Origin: Capsulimonadaceae bacterium
Lineage (GTDB): Bacteria; Armatimonadota; Armatimonadia; Armatimonadales; Capsulimonadaceae
Assembly (NCBI GenBank): GCA_965215505.1
Contig: OZ244065.1
Span: forward strand, 2,784,001-2,848,000
Length of the DNA stretch: 64,000 nt
Reading direction: 5' to 3'
Of the stretch, positions 27,557 through 38,180 are shown piece after piece. A model generated the notes under the pieces. It had not been told where the DNA came from, ran no database searches, and worked only from the letters and a program-made list of their open reading frames with translations. The translations under genes and the position numbers were made by a program. Each line of letters opens with the position of its first letter. Within the stretch, counting starts at the first letter, position 1.

Positions 27557-28675
27557 CTATCGCCGCCGCAGGAAGGCGGGGATGTCCACGTCGTTGTCGG
27601 CGGGCTGGCGCTGGGTGACGGGGGCCGGCTCGGGGGCGGCGACCGCCTCGGCCCCGCCCTGACCGCCGCGCGTGCTGGCGGCCATGACGGTCCGGGCGGG
27701 CGCGGGGACGGTGGGGCGCTGGTCGAAGCCGGTGGCGAGGACGGTGATGCGGACCTCGTCCACCAGCTTGGGGTCCTGGACGATGCCGAAGATGATGTTG
27801 GCGTCCTCGGCGTCGGTCGCCTGCTGGATCAGCTCGGTCGCCTCGTGGACTTCCGCCAGGGTCATGTCCGGGCCGCCGGTGATGTTGATCAGGGCCGCCC
27901 GCGCGCCCTCGATGCTGGTTTCCAGCAGCGGCGAGGCGATGGCGGCCTGGGCGGCGTCCACGGCCCGGTGGTCGCCCGAAGCGACGCCGATCCCCATGAG
28001 GGCCGTCCCGGCGTTCAGCATGATGGCGCGGACGTCGGCGAAGTCCACGTTGATGATGCCCGGTATGGTGATGATGTCCGAGATGCCCTGGACGCCCTGC
28101 CGCAGCACGTCATCGGCCTCCTTGAAGGCTTCCACGAGGGTCGCGCGCTTCTCGACGACGCCCAGCAGGCGGTCGTTCGGGATGATGATGACCGTGTCCA
28201 CCTTGTCCTTGAGGTTGTCCACGCCCTCATCGGCCAGCCGGGAGCGGCGCGGGCCTTCGAACTTAAACGGCTTGGTGACGACCGCGACGGTCAGTATCCC
28301 CAGGTCCTTGGCGATCTCGGCGATGACCGGCGCGGAGCCTGTGCCGGTGCCGCCGCCCATGCCCGCCGTGATGAACACCATGTCCGCGCCTTCCAGGGCC
28401 TTCTTGATGTCGCTCTTGGACTCCTCGGCGGCGGACCGGCCCACTTCGGGGTTGCCGCCCGCGCCCAGGCCGCGCGTCAGGTTCTCGCCGAGTTGGAGTT
28501 TATAGTCGGCAGCCGAAATGTCCAAGACCTGGATGTCGGTGTTCATCGCGATGAACTCCACCCCGGTCAGGCCCGCCTCGATCATGCGGTTGACGGCGTT
28601 CGTGCCGCCGCCGCCGCAGCCGATCACTTTGATTTTGGCGAAGGGCGCCAGGTCGTCTCGTATTCCGAGTGCCAT
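27557..28675 (-). CDS. ftsZ: Cell division protein FtsZ
   Basis: [23 protein letters not shown] motifs; C-terminal DIPAFLRRR. Confidence 0.99.
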   Translation of the reverse strand: MALGIRDDLAPFAKIKVIGCGGGGTNAVNRMIEAGLTGVEFIAMNTDIQVLDISAADYKLQLGENLTRGLGAGGNPEVGRSAAEESKSDIKKALEGADMVFITAGMGGGTGTGSAPVIAEIAKDLGILTVAVVTKPFKFEGPRRSRLADEGVDNLKDKVDTVIIIPNDRLLGVVEKRATLVEAFKEADDVLRQGVQGISDIITIPGIINVDFADVRAIMLNAGTALMGIGVASGDHRAVDAAQAAIASPLLETSIEGARAALINITGGPDMTLAEVHEATELIQQATDAEDANIIFGIVQDPKLVDEVRITVLATGFDQRPTVPAPARTVMAASTRGGQGGAEAVAAPEPAPVTQRQPADNDVDIPAFLRRR

Positions 28676-28896
28676 GTGAAGTTCGTCTCCCTTAAAAAAG
28701 CGTCTAAAATGTCGTTAATTCTGTTTAGCGTGAAGGTGCTGTTTACTGCTGTACGCAAGCCGCGCCCATAAAGTTCTCGGCAAAGTTCTTGGTAGTCTCA
28801 GGCGACAAGACCCCTCTGTCGTGACGCTTCCAGTTCCCCGTGGTCACTGATTCCCCTACGCCTCTATGATGTGGGCGGAGAAGCGCTGGAACTCCC

Positions 28897-29349
28897 CTAT
28901 CGCTCGTCCCAGCGCGCGATAGGTTTGTAAGCCTGATGCACTTCCTTTTCCGCCTGTTCAGCATCCTGAAACTCAGACGCCGCTTTTTCCTGCTCTTCCC
29001 TGTTCGTTGCTTTGCCAAAAGCATCCACCGCTTTAATTTTGCGCTGCATGGCTTGGATGACTCGTTCGTAAGCCGCTTGCCGGAGCGGGTTCTTTGCCGG
29101 CACTAAAAATAGAGGCGGTTGAGGCTGAGGCTTACGGTCATTCCAGGTGTCTTCCAGTTGCTGAAGCTTCAAAGCATTGTCATAAGCATCAGTGACATCT
29201 TCGATATATGTTGGCAGATAAAGCCAGCCGCTTTGGAGTTTCGCCTCATCCGTTGACAGCGACACGCGCAAGCCAAGTTTCTCGGCCTGAACACGCAGCC
29301 ACTCGTAAACTTCCTCTAGGCTATTAGTAGGAACTGCGACTGACATCAT
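28897..29349 (-). CDS. Hypothetical protein, partner of the HEPN gene
   Basis: Lower GC than the flanks; ATGA overlap with the HEPN stop. Confidence 0.7.
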   Translation of the reverse strand: MMSVAVPTNSLEEVYEWLRVQAEKLGLRVSLSTDEAKLQSGWLYLPTYIEDVTDAYDNALKLQQLEDTWNDRKPQPQPPLFLVPAKNPLRQAAYERVIQAMQRKIKAVDAFGKATNREEQEKAASEFQDAEQAEKEVHQAYKPIARWDER

Positions 29350-29750
29350 ATTTTATCCTGCGGCAAAACGTCTCCAACCAGTTTGTGGATGAAACGAGTA
29401 CCCTTCAGCGAAACCACGAGTTTGGATTCTTCCACATCCGCATTTCCGATGTAGTCCGCGACGAGACGCAGTTCATAGGCTGCTCTCAGTCTCAGAGCTA
29501 TGTCTTTACAAGCGTCGCTTTTCAGAAGCCGATTAGGTATCTCTCTCACAAGGTCGGGAGTCGCTTCATGGCTCCAAGCCTCACGATCGGCGGGCGGTAT
29601 TAATCCTTGATAGAGCAGAAGGGCCGTCACCGCTTGATAAGCAGCATAGTAGTTACGACTGGCACTGGAACGGGCATCCGTCTATTCCAGAGATTGTGCG
29701 GCGATTAAAGACCCCCGCGCCATTCGCCACCACCTCTCCCATGCCTCCAT
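29346..29750 (-). pseudogene. HEPN-domain protein interrupted by an in-frame TAG
   Basis: MEAWERWWRMARGSLIAAQSLE*TDARSSASRNYYAAYQA...WSH...LRLVADY; TAG at 29684-29682. Confidence 0.8.
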
Positions 29751-29774
29751 GCTCTAGCCCCCTTGTTCCCCGTC

Positions 29775-31010
29775 TCACTGCCCGGCGGCGCGGGCCATGA
29801 TGCGGGCGAAGAAGCGCTGGAGCTTGCCGATCAAAGAGTTCTCGTTTTGGCCCTGGTGCGACGAGTGGTGGTTCCGTGCCCCGTACTGGACTAGGCCGAT
29901 GGCGGTCGCGTAGACCGGCGAGCGCAGGTCGTTCGAGATGCCGCCGACGTCGCGCGGGCTGCCGACGCGGGTGGGCATCCCGGTCACCTGCTGGCACAAC
30001 TCCGCCGCCCCCGCGAGCTGTGACCCGCCGCCCGACAGCACGATGCCGGCGGGGAGCAGGTTGTGGTAGCCCGACTTCAGAATCTCCTGCCGGACCATCA
30101 GGAACAGCTCGTGCATGCGCGGCTCGACGATCTCGGCCAGGATGCGGCGCGGCAGCAGGCGCGGCTCGTCGCTGCCCAGGCTCAGGACCTCGAACAGCGC
30201 GTCGGGTTCCATCAGGCTCACCGAAGCCGCCGACTGCTCGCGCTTGACCCGCTCGGACTCGTCGTGCGAGGCGCGCAGGCCGACGCTGATGTCGTGGGTG
30301 ACATGGTTGCCGCCCACCGGGATGGCCGACGAGTAGTAGATGTCACCGTCCACGAAGACGGCGATGTCGGTCGTCCCGCCGCCGATGTCGGCGATGCAGA
30401 CGCCCAGCATCTTCTCGTCCTGGAGCAGCACGGCCTCGGCCGTCGCGATCGGCTCCAGCACGGTGGCCTCGATGCTCAGACCCGCCTTGTGGACGCACTT
30501 GGCGACGTTCTGCAAGAAGGTGACGGCCCCGGTGACGATGTGCATCTCGACTTCGAGCCGCGTCCCGGACATCCCGACCGGGAAGCGGATGCCGCCCTGG
30601 CCGTCTATCGAATACGAGCGCGGGATGGCGTGGATGATCTCGCGGTCGGGCGGCAGGACGATGACGCGGCTCTGGTCCTGGACGCGGGTGACGTCGTCGT
30701 CGGTGATCTCGCGGCTGGCATGGGTGATGGCGACCACGCCGCGCGAGTTGAGCGAGGCGACGTGCTCGCCGGTCACGCCGACGATGACCCGGTGGATCTC
30801 GTAGCCGGACATGGCGCGCGCCTTCTCAACGCTGTCAATGATGGCCTGGGCGGCGCTGTCAATGTCAATGACGACTCCCTTGCGGATGCCGCCGGAGAGG
30901 CTGTTGCCGACGCCCACGATGTTGATGCGGCCCGGCTCTTCGATCTCGGCGACCACGGTACACACCTTGGTCGTCCCGATGTCTAGGCCCACCACGCAGT
31001 CCCTTGCCAC
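29775..31010 (-). CDS. ftsA: Cell division protein FtsA
   Basis: GLDIGTTKV, DIGGGTT and GIVLSGGG motifs; GTG start. Confidence 0.97.
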   Translation of the reverse strand: MARDCVVGLDIGTTKVCTVVAEIEEPGRINIVGVGNSLSGGIRKGVVIDIDSAAQAIIDSVEKARAMSGYEIHRVIVGVTGEHVASLNSRGVVAITHASREITDDDVTRVQDQSRVIVLPPDREIIHAIPRSYSIDGQGGIRFPVGMSGTRLEVEMHIVTGAVTFLQNVAKCVHKAGLSIEATVLEPIATAEAVLLQDEKMLGVCIADIGGGTTDIAVFVDGDIYYSSAIPVGGNHVTHDISVGLRASHDESERVKREQSAASVSLMEPDALFEVLSLGSDEPRLLPRRILAEIVEPRMHELFLMVRQEILKSGYHNLLPAGIVLSGGGSQLAGAAELCQQVTGMPTRVGSPRDVGGISNDLRSPVYATAIGLVQYGARNHHSSHQGQNENSLIGKLQRFFARIMARAAGQ

Positions 31011-31065
31011 CTCCGATGCTCCCCTCGTCTTTGACGCGCCCTTTAGAGTTGCCAAGTCGGACTTG

Positions 31066-31482
31066 CTAAGGCTGCGCCTGCTCTTCCAGCGACTCGCGCC
31101 GCGGGAGCGGCGGGGCGGCCAGCGGCCCCGCCCCGTTCCGCTTCCCGCCGCGCCCCTCCAGCCACTGCCGCCGGATGATGGACAGGTTGACGAAGATACG
31201 CCCGCCCAACGCCACCACGGCCGCAAGCCCCAGCGGCTGCCCCATCAGGTCGCCCAGATACGCCAGGAACGCGGCCAGCAACGTGTTCGTCAGGAAGCCC
31301 GAGATGAAGACGTCGCTCTTGAACTTGCCTTCCGTCCCCGCCCGCACCCCGCCGATCAGCGAATCCATCCCGGCCAGGGCCGCGAGCGACAGGTACTGCG
31401 CGTACTGCGTCGGGAGTGTCGCCCCCGAAAAATAAACGAGCGTGAAGCCCAAAGCCCCCGCCAGCAGCGCAAACCAGGCCAT
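31066..31482 (-). CDS. sbp: Small basic protein family (DUF1290)
   Basis: YLSLAALAGMDSLIGG, FISGF..N.LLA and G.RIF.NL..IRR motifs. Confidence 0.88.
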   Translation of the reverse strand: MAWFALLAGALGFTLVYFSGATLPTQYAQYLSLAALAGMDSLIGGVRAGTEGKFKSDVFISGFLTNTLLAAFLAYLGDLMGQPLGLAAVVALGGRIFVNLSIIRRQWLEGRGGKRNGAGPLAAPPLPRRESLEEQAQP

Positions 31483-31491
31483 GTGACTGCC

Positions 31492-32319
31492 TTACTTTCC
31501 GGTCTTGTCCGGGACACTCGCCACGGCCGTGGTAGCCGGGACGGCATACTTCGGCTCGATGCCACCGGAATACGCCGGGATCAGCAACGGCTTGGCCGAC
31601 TTCTCCACCTTGAACATGCCTTTATCTATGTTGTGCAGCTGCTCGCCGATGCCGCCGGGCAGGTTCAGCGCGGTCGCCAGGACCTTCGGGTTGCCGATCG
31701 CTTTGATGATGTAAGGGGGCGTCTGCGGCTCCTGATTGACGAACACAGTTGGGCCGGCACACCGGATTGCGCTGGTGGAGATGAGGCGCTGATCGTTGAT
31801 GCAGACGGCCTCCGCCTTGGCGGCCTTCAGCTCGTTGACTACTTGGATGATGTCTGTGTCATGGACAAGGTTTGAGGGCGGCATGCCCGGCGGCATCTGC
31901 GATGTCGGGAAAGGCAGTTTACTATCGTTGAGAGTTACGATGACGCCTGGCCCCTTCACATCGGTCAAGCCCGCCAGAAACTGTGCCTTCACCAATTCCT
32001 CGGAGAGCGTCTTCACCTGCCTGGTGTTTGAAGGCGCGGCGTTGATGAGCTGCGCGTTGTCCTTCTGGAGTTGGGCGATGCGCCGTTGCAGATCCAGGTT
32101 GGCGCTGAACTGCATCTCGCTCCCCTGCAACCGGTCTATTTTGTCCTGCCGCTGCTTGGCATTCTGCGTCTTGACCGACAGGCCGAGCATGGCACCAAGC
32201 AGACCGCACAGGCCGAACAACGTGGCCCACCAGGCGCGGCGGTCCTGGCGGGGCATCTGCTCGGTCCGCCGGTCGAGGTGCCGGTCAGTCGGTACGGGGT
32301 TCAGGTCCATTGGGTCCAT
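31492..32319 (-). CDS. DUF881 protein (YlxW/YlxX-like)
   Basis: AGLTDVKGPGVIVTLND, VHD.DI..VVNEL..A.AEA and PPYIIKAIG motifs. Confidence 0.9.
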   Translation of the reverse strand: MDPMDLNPVPTDRHLDRRTEQMPRQDRRAWWATLFGLCGLLGAMLGLSVKTQNAKQRQDKIDRLQGSEMQFSANLDLQRRIAQLQKDNAQLINAAPSNTRQVKTLSEELVKAQFLAGLTDVKGPGVIVTLNDSKLPFPTSQMPPGMPPSNLVHDTDIIQVVNELKAAKAEAVCINDQRLISTSAIRCAGPTVFVNQEPQTPPYIIKAIGNPKVLATALNLPGGIGEQLHNIDKGMFKVEKSAKPLLIPAYSGGIEPKYAVPATTAVASVPDKTGK

Positions 32320-33199
32320 TCCGGGCGCGATTCAGTGTTCCCGCGTCTGTGCCGGTGTCGGCTTCGGTGTCTTTGCGCGGCATGAAAACCGGCTGCCGGG
32401 GGCTGCTCACATCAATATAAGCGGCCCGGTCCGCCAGCGCGCCGACGGTCGCCGAGGCCAGGGCGACCTTCAGCGGCAGCGAGTCGGGCTGGCCGAGGCG
32501 GATTTGCAGGCCATTCCTTCTATTTAAGCACAAATTCATGTTTTGGTCAACAACTATTTTCGCGCCGCCCAGATTCGGGGTTGTGTCGAGCAGAGTCAGC
32601 AGCCGCAGGGCGTCCGGCACCCAGGCGGTGCGGAGCGGGCGGCCCGGAGTGACCTCAGAGGGCAGGACGGCTGCGGCCACCTGGACGATGGGCAGGCGCG
32701 GGAGCGGGCGGCCGAGTTCCTCATACGGGACGCCCTTCCGGTCCAGCAGCCAGAACCGCCCGCCGCCCGCGAGGACGGCGCGCGGCTGCCGCTCGGTCAC
32801 GGTCAAGACCAGCCGGTGGGGCAACTCAATGGAGCGGGAGGCGTGGTCTACCAGAGGGTCAGACTGGAGCCGCTGGGCGAACGGCTGCTTCAGCATCCAG
32901 AAGATGTTGGTCCGGGCGGGCACCCGCGCCTCCGCAAGAACCTGCTCCGGGGAGAGGGTCTGCGCCCCGGCGACGCGCACCTGGGTGACGCGCAGGGCAG
33001 GGTTGGCGAACAGCAGCACGCCCGCTTCCGCGAGGAAGAGGCACAGGGCCACCCGCTTCAGAGTCCGGTTCCAGTTGCGCGGCTTCCGGCTGCTCCGCTT
33101 CTTGAAGGGAGAGTGCTTGCGGGGGCGCGCGCCGTCCGGCTCACCCTCGGCGGTGCGGTCCTCGGTGACGGTCAGGCGGGTGCGGGTCGGCTTGTGCAT
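32285..33199 (-). CDS. ftsQ: Cell division protein FtsQ/DivIB
   Basis: Basic N-terminus, TM, POTRA-like region, YIDVS..P; position in dcw. Confidence 0.88.
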   Translation of the reverse strand: MHKPTRTRLTVTEDRTAEGEPDGARPRKHSPFKKRSSRKPRNWNRTLKRVALCLFLAEAGVLLFANPALRVTQVRVAGAQTLSPEQVLAEARVPARTNIFWMLKQPFAQRLQSDPLVDHASRSIELPHRLVLTVTERQPRAVLAGGGRFWLLDRKGVPYEELGRPLPRLPIVQVAAAVLPSEVTPGRPLRTAWVPDALRLLTLLDTTPNLGGAKIVVDQNMNLCLNRRNGLQIRLGQPDSLPLKVALASATVGALADRAAYIDVSSPRQPVFMPRKDTEADTGTDAGTLNRARNGPNGPEPRTD

Positions 33200-33205
33200 T
33201 TTTAG

Positions 33206-34204
33206 CTACTCCAGGGCGAGGTCGATCAGCCGGTCCAGGAGCTGTGCGAAGTTGTAGCCCGCCGCCTGAGCCGAGCGCGGCAGGAGGCTGGTCGGGGTCA
33301 TGCCGGGGATGGTATTGACTTCAAGCGTGTAAACTTCGCCCTCTGCGGTGACGATCATGTCCGTGCGAGACATCCCACGACAGCCAAGAGTGCGGTGGCA
33401 AAGTTCGGCGATGCGCCGCGCCTCGGCGGCCACGGCGTCGGGGATACGCGCGGGGACGATCTCGTCGGTCGCCCCCGCCGTGTACTTGGCCTCGTAGTCG
33501 TAGAAGCCGCCGACGGGAACGATCTCGACGATGGGGAGGACTTCCAGCGTCGCGTTGCCCAGGATCGGGACGGTGATCTCGGTGCCCGTGATGAACTGCT
33601 CGACGAGGACAGTGTCGTCGTACTCAAAGGCGGTCCGCACCGCCCCTTGCAGTTCATCGGCCTTACGCACGACGGTCATGCCGATAGTGGACCCCTGGGC
33701 ATTTGGCTTGACGATGAGCGGCAGGGGCAGCGCGCGGTCCGGCACAGCCTCGCCGCGCCGCAATGTCCGGTCATGGGGCATCAGGATGCCCGCCGCCATC
33801 AGGACGCGCTTGCTCATCGCCTTGTCCATCGCCAGGGCGCTCGCCAGGACGCCGCTGCCGGTGTAGGACAAGCCCAGCACTTCCAGCATCCCCTGGACCG
33901 TGCCGTCCTCGCCGCCCCGGCCATGGAGGGCAATAAAGACGACATCGGGCCGATCCTCCGCCGAGGCCTGCGGGAGCTGCGGCAGAGCCGTGATCTCCGT
34001 CTCGCCGTCCGAGGCGTGGAGCAGGCCGAGCGGCTGGGTGATGCCCGACGGCAGGAACTTCCGGCCCGAAGCCGTGTCCAGGGCGTAGACCGTGTACTTG
34101 TCGGCGTCCAGGGCGTTCAGGATTTGACGCCCGGTAGACAGCGACACTTCACGCTCGGCGCTCGTCCCGCCCATCAGTACGGCGACTTTCCGCTTCTGTG
34201 TCAT
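33206..34204 (-). CDS. ddl: D-alanine--D-alanine ligase
   Basis: GGTSAEREVS, HG..GEDG and EVNTIPGMT.TS motifs. Confidence 0.97.
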   Translation of the reverse strand: MTQKRKVAVLMGGTSAEREVSLSTGRQILNALDADKYTVYALDTASGRKFLPSGITQPLGLLHASDGETEITALPQLPQASAEDRPDVVFIALHGRGGEDGTVQGMLEVLGLSYTGSGVLASALAMDKAMSKRVLMAAGILMPHDRTLRRGEAVPDRALPLPLIVKPNAQGSTIGMTVVRKADELQGAVRTAFEYDDTVLVEQFITGTEITVPILGNATLEVLPIVEIVPVGGFYDYEAKYTAGATDEIVPARIPDAVAAEARRIAELCHRTLGCRGMSRTDMIVTAEGEVYTLEVNTIPGMTPTSLLPRSAQAAGYNFAQLLDRLIDLALE

Positions 34205-35607
34205 AAGAGCAGCAAGCCCTCCCCCGCCGCCCGGATGTCGCCCGCCCCCAGGGTCAGGACCAGGTCGCCGGGCCGGACCAGCTCGGCCAGGCGGCCCGGC
34301 AGGGCGGCCTTGTCGGCGACATAGGTGACGTGTTCGGCCCCGCGCCGGGCGGCGGTCAGTGCGGCCAGGCTGGCGCCGGTGACGCCCTCGAGGGGCAGTT
34401 CACGCGCCAGAAAGATGTCGGTCAGTACCACATGGTCCGCCTCGCCAAAGCTCTCGGCGAACTCCGTCTTGAAGTCGCGCGTTCGGGAGGGCAGGTGCGG
34501 CTGGAACACGGCTACGATCCGGCGGCTCGGGTGGGCCAGCCGGGCGGCAGCTAGCGTGGCGCGAATTTCGGTCGGATGATGGGCATAGTCATCCACGACC
34601 AGCGTCCCGCGGGACGTCTCTCCCAGCCGTTCAAAGCGGCGCCCGGTCCCGACGAACGCGCGCAGGCCCGCGGCGATGCAGCAGAAAGGAACGCCCAAAG
34701 TCAGGCCGACGGCGAGGGCAGCGAGGGAGTTTGCGACGTTGTGCAGGCCGGGGACGGAGAGCGTGACCCGTCCGAGCGTGACGCCGTGCCAGACGGCGGT
34801 GTAGTTCGGTGCCGTGCCGTCGGCGTCCACGTCTACCGCCCGCAGAGTGGCCTCGGATTCCAGGGCGTAGGTGACGAGGACAGGGCCTGTGAGGGCGGCG
34901 CGGAGGCTGTCCATGAGGGCGCGCGCGTTCTCATCGGCGGCAGGCAGGATGGCCGTCCCAGTCACCTGGCCGAGGAACTTGCGGAAGGAGCGCAGGACGT
35001 TGTCCAGGTCGCCGTAGTAGTCCAGGTGGTCCGCCTCGACATTCGTGATGACGGCGATCTTCGGGACGAGGTCAAGGAACGAGTCGTAGGCCTCGCAGGC
35101 TTCCGCCAGGAACACGTCGCTCGCGCCCAGCCGGGCGTTGCCGCCGTAGGCGGGCAGGTCGCCGCCGATCAGGACGGTCGGGTCCAGGCCGCCGGCCTCC
35201 AGCACCATCGCCGTCATGCCGGTCGTGGTCGTCTTGCCGTGTGTCCCCGAAACCGCGACCGAGCGCGGGTAACGGCCCATCAGCCGGCCCAGCATCTCGG
35301 CCCGCGAGATGACCGGGATGCCCCGAGCGCGGGCGGCAACCATTTCGGAGTTGTCCTTCTTGACGGCAGCGGAGGCGACCACGAGGGTGGCCCCGTTCAC
35401 GCGGTCCGCCTCATGCCCGGCCTCGGCCCGGATGCCGGACTCGCGCCGCAGCGACTCCAGCGTGGCCGACTCGCGCAGGTCAGAGCCGGTGACGGCGACG
35501 CCCTGCTTGGCGAGGACGCGGGCCATGCCGCTCATCCCCGCCCCCCCGATTCCTACAAAATGGATGCATTCGCTCACGGAATGTGTCTCTCCTAAATCCC
35601 GCCGCAC
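34201..35607 (-). CDS. murC: UDP-N-acetylmuramate--L-alanine ligase
   Basis: GIGGAGMS, GTHGKTTT and DDYAHHPTEI motifs. Confidence 0.97.
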   Translation of the reverse strand: MRRDLGETHSVSECIHFVGIGGAGMSGMARVLAKQGVAVTGSDLRESATLESLRRESGIRAEAGHEADRVNGATLVVASAAVKKDNSEMVAARARGIPVISRAEMLGRLMGRYPRSVAVSGTHGKTTTTGMTAMVLEAGGLDPTVLIGGDLPAYGGNARLGASDVFLAEACEAYDSFLDLVPKIAVITNVEADHLDYYGDLDNVLRSFRKFLGQVTGTAILPAADENARALMDSLRAALTGPVLVTYALESEATLRAVDVDADGTAPNYTAVWHGVTLGRVTLSVPGLHNVANSLAALAVGLTLGVPFCCIAAGLRAFVGTGRRFERLGETSRGTLVVDDYAHHPTEIRATLAAARLAHPSRRIVAVFQPHLPSRTRDFKTEFAESFGEADHVVLTDIFLARELPLEGVTGASLAALTAARRGAEHVTYVADKAALPGRLAELVRPGDLVLTLGAGDIRAAGEGLLLL

Positions 35608-35623
35608 TTCGGTGTGCGGCGCC

Positions 35624-36817
35624 TTACCTGACGTTGATTGTACCCGATGTGGGCGGGATTACCTGACCCGCCATCGCAAGCACCGCCGCCGCCAGGTCAC
35701 GCGCCGCGTCCGGCGTCGCCAGTGTCAATGCCGCCGCCCCCATCGCGCCTAAGCGGGCCGGATCGGACAGCAGAGCGGACAGGGCGGACAGCAGGCGCGG
35801 GCCGTCCAGGTCCTTGCTCGGGAGCAGAGCCGCCGCGCCCGCCTCGACCGACCGGCGCGCGTTGCGCGTCTGCTCGTCCCCGCCGGTGGGAACCAGGGGG
35901 ATGAACAGGGCGGGCCGGCCCACGGCGGCCACTTCCGTCACCGTCCCCGCGCCGCTGCGGCCCACGACCAGATCGGCCAGGGCGAAGATGTCCGCGATCT
36001 CCTCCCCGACGAACGGGACGACGTGATACCGCCGCTGCTGTCCGGGCGCAAGACCGGCCCGCACCCCGGCCATCTGGTCGCCGTCCTGCTTGCCGCACTG
36101 GTGAACGACGCGGCAGATATCCAGCAGGCCCGGCAGAGCCGCCGCGACGGCGCGGTTGATGCTCTGCGCCCCTTGTGCGCCGCCGGTGACATAGACGGTG
36201 GGCAGGGCCTCGTCGGCGGCGTCAAATCCGAAGCGGGTGATGGCGCGCGCCCGGTCCCCGCCAAAGATCGCCGCCCGAACCGGGTTGCCTGTCACGAACG
36301 TCTTGGCCCGCAAGCCCGGCGGCAGGTCCGAGGCCGCGCCTTCAAAGGTCAGCGCGATGTGCGAAGCGAAACGGGCAGCGATCCGGTTTGCCAGGCCGAC
36401 CTGGACCGTCTGCTCGTGGATCAGTACGGGCCGGCGCAGCAGGCCCGCCGCAATCACCGGCGGGACCGAGACGTAGCCGCCGGTCGCAAGCACCACATCA
36501 GGTTTGAAGCGACGCACCTCGCCGATGGCCTCCACGATGCCGACGGGGACGCGGAAAGCGTCGGCCAGATTCTTCAAAGTCAGCAGCCCGCGCAGGCTCG
36601 ACGCCCGCCGCAATTTGCCGCTCTGGACGCCGACGAACGGGATACCCGCCGCCTCGACCAGCCCCTGCTCCACCCCATGCCGGCTGCCGACGTAGCGGAA
36701 CTCGGGCGTCCAGTCCGCGCCCGCCGCCATCTGCTGGAGCGTCTGGATGACGGCCAAGGCCGGGCTGACGTGGCCGCCCGTCCCGCCGCCGGTGACGAGG
36801 ATCTTGATGACTCGCAT
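35624..36817 (-). CDS. murG: Lipid II GlcNAc transferase
   Basis: GGGTGGH, GGYVS, HEQ, TGNPVR and Q..NA motifs; ATG overlaps the ftsW stop. Confidence 0.96.
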   Translation of the reverse strand: MRVIKILVTGGGTGGHVSPALAVIQTLQQMAAGADWTPEFRYVGSRHGVEQGLVEAAGIPFVGVQSGKLRRASSLRGLLTLKNLADAFRVPVGIVEAIGEVRRFKPDVVLATGGYVSVPPVIAAGLLRRPVLIHEQTVQVGLANRIAARFASHIALTFEGAASDLPPGLRAKTFVTGNPVRAAIFGGDRARAITRFGFDAADEALPTVYVTGGAQGAQSINRAVAAALPGLLDICRVVHQCGKQDGDQMAGVRAGLAPGQQRRYHVVPFVGEEIADIFALADLVVGRSGAGTVTEVAAVGRPALFIPLVPTGGDEQTRNARRSVEAGAAALLPSKDLDGPRLLSALSALLSDPARLGAMGAAALTLATPDAARDLAAAVLAMAGQVIPPTSGTINVR

Positions 36818-38163
36818 TAGTCCCGGAACGCCCCCCGGTCGCGCCGGGCCTCCTCGCGCCGGGCGCGGTCCAAGCGGCGGATGGTGGGCGATGCCGAGGA
36901 GGGCGTGACGGCGGGCCGGTCGCTGAACCCCTGGGACGGGCGGCCCCAGCGGCGGTTCCAATCGTCCTCGTTCGGCTCGATCTTGTCGCGGGCCGGACCC
37001 TCCGGCCCGTCCGGGTAGGACGAGATGTTCAGCAGGATGCCGATGCCGAGCATCATCAGGACCAGCGACGAGCCGCCATAGGAGATGAACGGCAGCGGGA
37101 CGCCCGTATCCGGGATGGAGGCCGTTGCGACAGCCATGTTGATTAATGCCTGCACGCTGATCAAAGTCGTGATGCCCGCCGCAAGCAAAGCGCCGAACGG
37201 GTCGCGCGTCCGGTAGGCGATGCCGAAGCCGCGCGCGGCCACGAAGACGAACAGGGCGACCAGGGCCAGTGTCCCGATCAGGCCCCACTCCTCGGCGATG
37301 ACGGGGAAGATGAAGTCGGTGCGCGGCTCGGGGATGAACAGCTTCTCGCGCCCCTCCCCCAGCCCCATGCCGCCCACGCCGCCCGAGCCGAGGGCGATGA
37401 GCGCGTGCCAGACCTGGTAGCCGGTCGCGTACTGGTCCGCGCGCGGGTTCAGGAAGGCGGTGATGCGGTGCGCCCGGTACGGCTCGAAGGCGACGAACAG
37501 GGTGACGGCGACGGCGGCGGCCCCGAAGATCATGCCCAGATGGGCGGGCCGCGCCCCGGCCAGGAACAGCATGACCAGGCCCGTCATGCTGAGGACGAGG
37601 GCGGTGCCCAGATCCGGCTCCTTGGCGATGAGCGCGGCCAGAGTGCCGATGACGACCAGCATCGGCACCAAGCCCTGCTTCGGGTGCGTCTTGATCTTGA
37701 GGCTGCCCGCCGTCATCCGCGCCAGGTACAGGACCAGGGCCAGCTTCGCCAGTTCGGACGGCTGGAATCGGAGCGTGCCGTGTCCCAGCCAGCGGCGCGC
37801 GTGGTTGACGGTGATGCCGACGTGGGGGATCAGCACGGCGATCAGCAGGAAGATGGACAGGGACAGCCCGATGACCGCCACCTTGCGCCATTTCCAGTAG
37901 GACAGGCGGCTGGCCCCGAGCAGGGCGAGCAGGCCGATGGCCGCCCAGCCCGCCTGCGTCTTGACGAAGTGGAACGAGTCCCCGTGCAGCTTCTCCACGG
38001 CGATGGCGTAGGAGGCGTCGTAGACGGAGACGATGCCGACGCCGAGCAGCAGGAAGGTCAGCCACAGCAGCAGCCGGTCCATCGGCTGCCGGTGCGAGGT
38101 CAATGCCGTCAGCGTGTTCTGCGGCTGGCGGTCCGGGCTGCGGCTTGGTTTGGTGGCGTTCAT
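36817..38163 (-). CDS. ftsW: SEDS protein FtsW
   Basis: QPSE.AK, EPDLGT, TDFIF and LPFISYGGSS motifs. Confidence 0.95.
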   Translation of the reverse strand: MNATKPSRSPDRQPQNTLTALTSHRQPMDRLLLWLTFLLLGVGIVSVYDASYAIAVEKLHGDSFHFVKTQAGWAAIGLLALLGASRLSYWKWRKVAVIGLSLSIFLLIAVLIPHVGITVNHARRWLGHGTLRFQPSELAKLALVLYLARMTAGSLKIKTHPKQGLVPMLVVIGTLAALIAKEPDLGTALVLSMTGLVMLFLAGARPAHLGMIFGAAAVAVTLFVAFEPYRAHRITAFLNPRADQYATGYQVWHALIALGSGGVGGMGLGEGREKLFIPEPRTDFIFPVIAEEWGLIGTLALVALFVFVAARGFGIAYRTRDPFGALLAAGITTLISVQALINMAVATASIPDTGVPLPFISYGGSSLVLMMLGIGILLNISSYPDGPEGPARDKIEPNEDDWNRRWGRPSQGFSDRPAVTPSSASPTIRRLDRARREEARRDRGAFRD

Positions 38164-38180
38164 GGTTGTTGTGGTCTCTC

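Noticed and set aside
29682-29684. Amber recoding (pyrrolysine or alternative genetic code)
   Set aside because: TAG is used as a normal stop in many genes here (ftsZ, ddl, mraY, rsmH); no pyl genes are visible
33206-35607. Absence of murB from the dcw cluster
   Set aside because: murB is commonly located elsewhere; not informative
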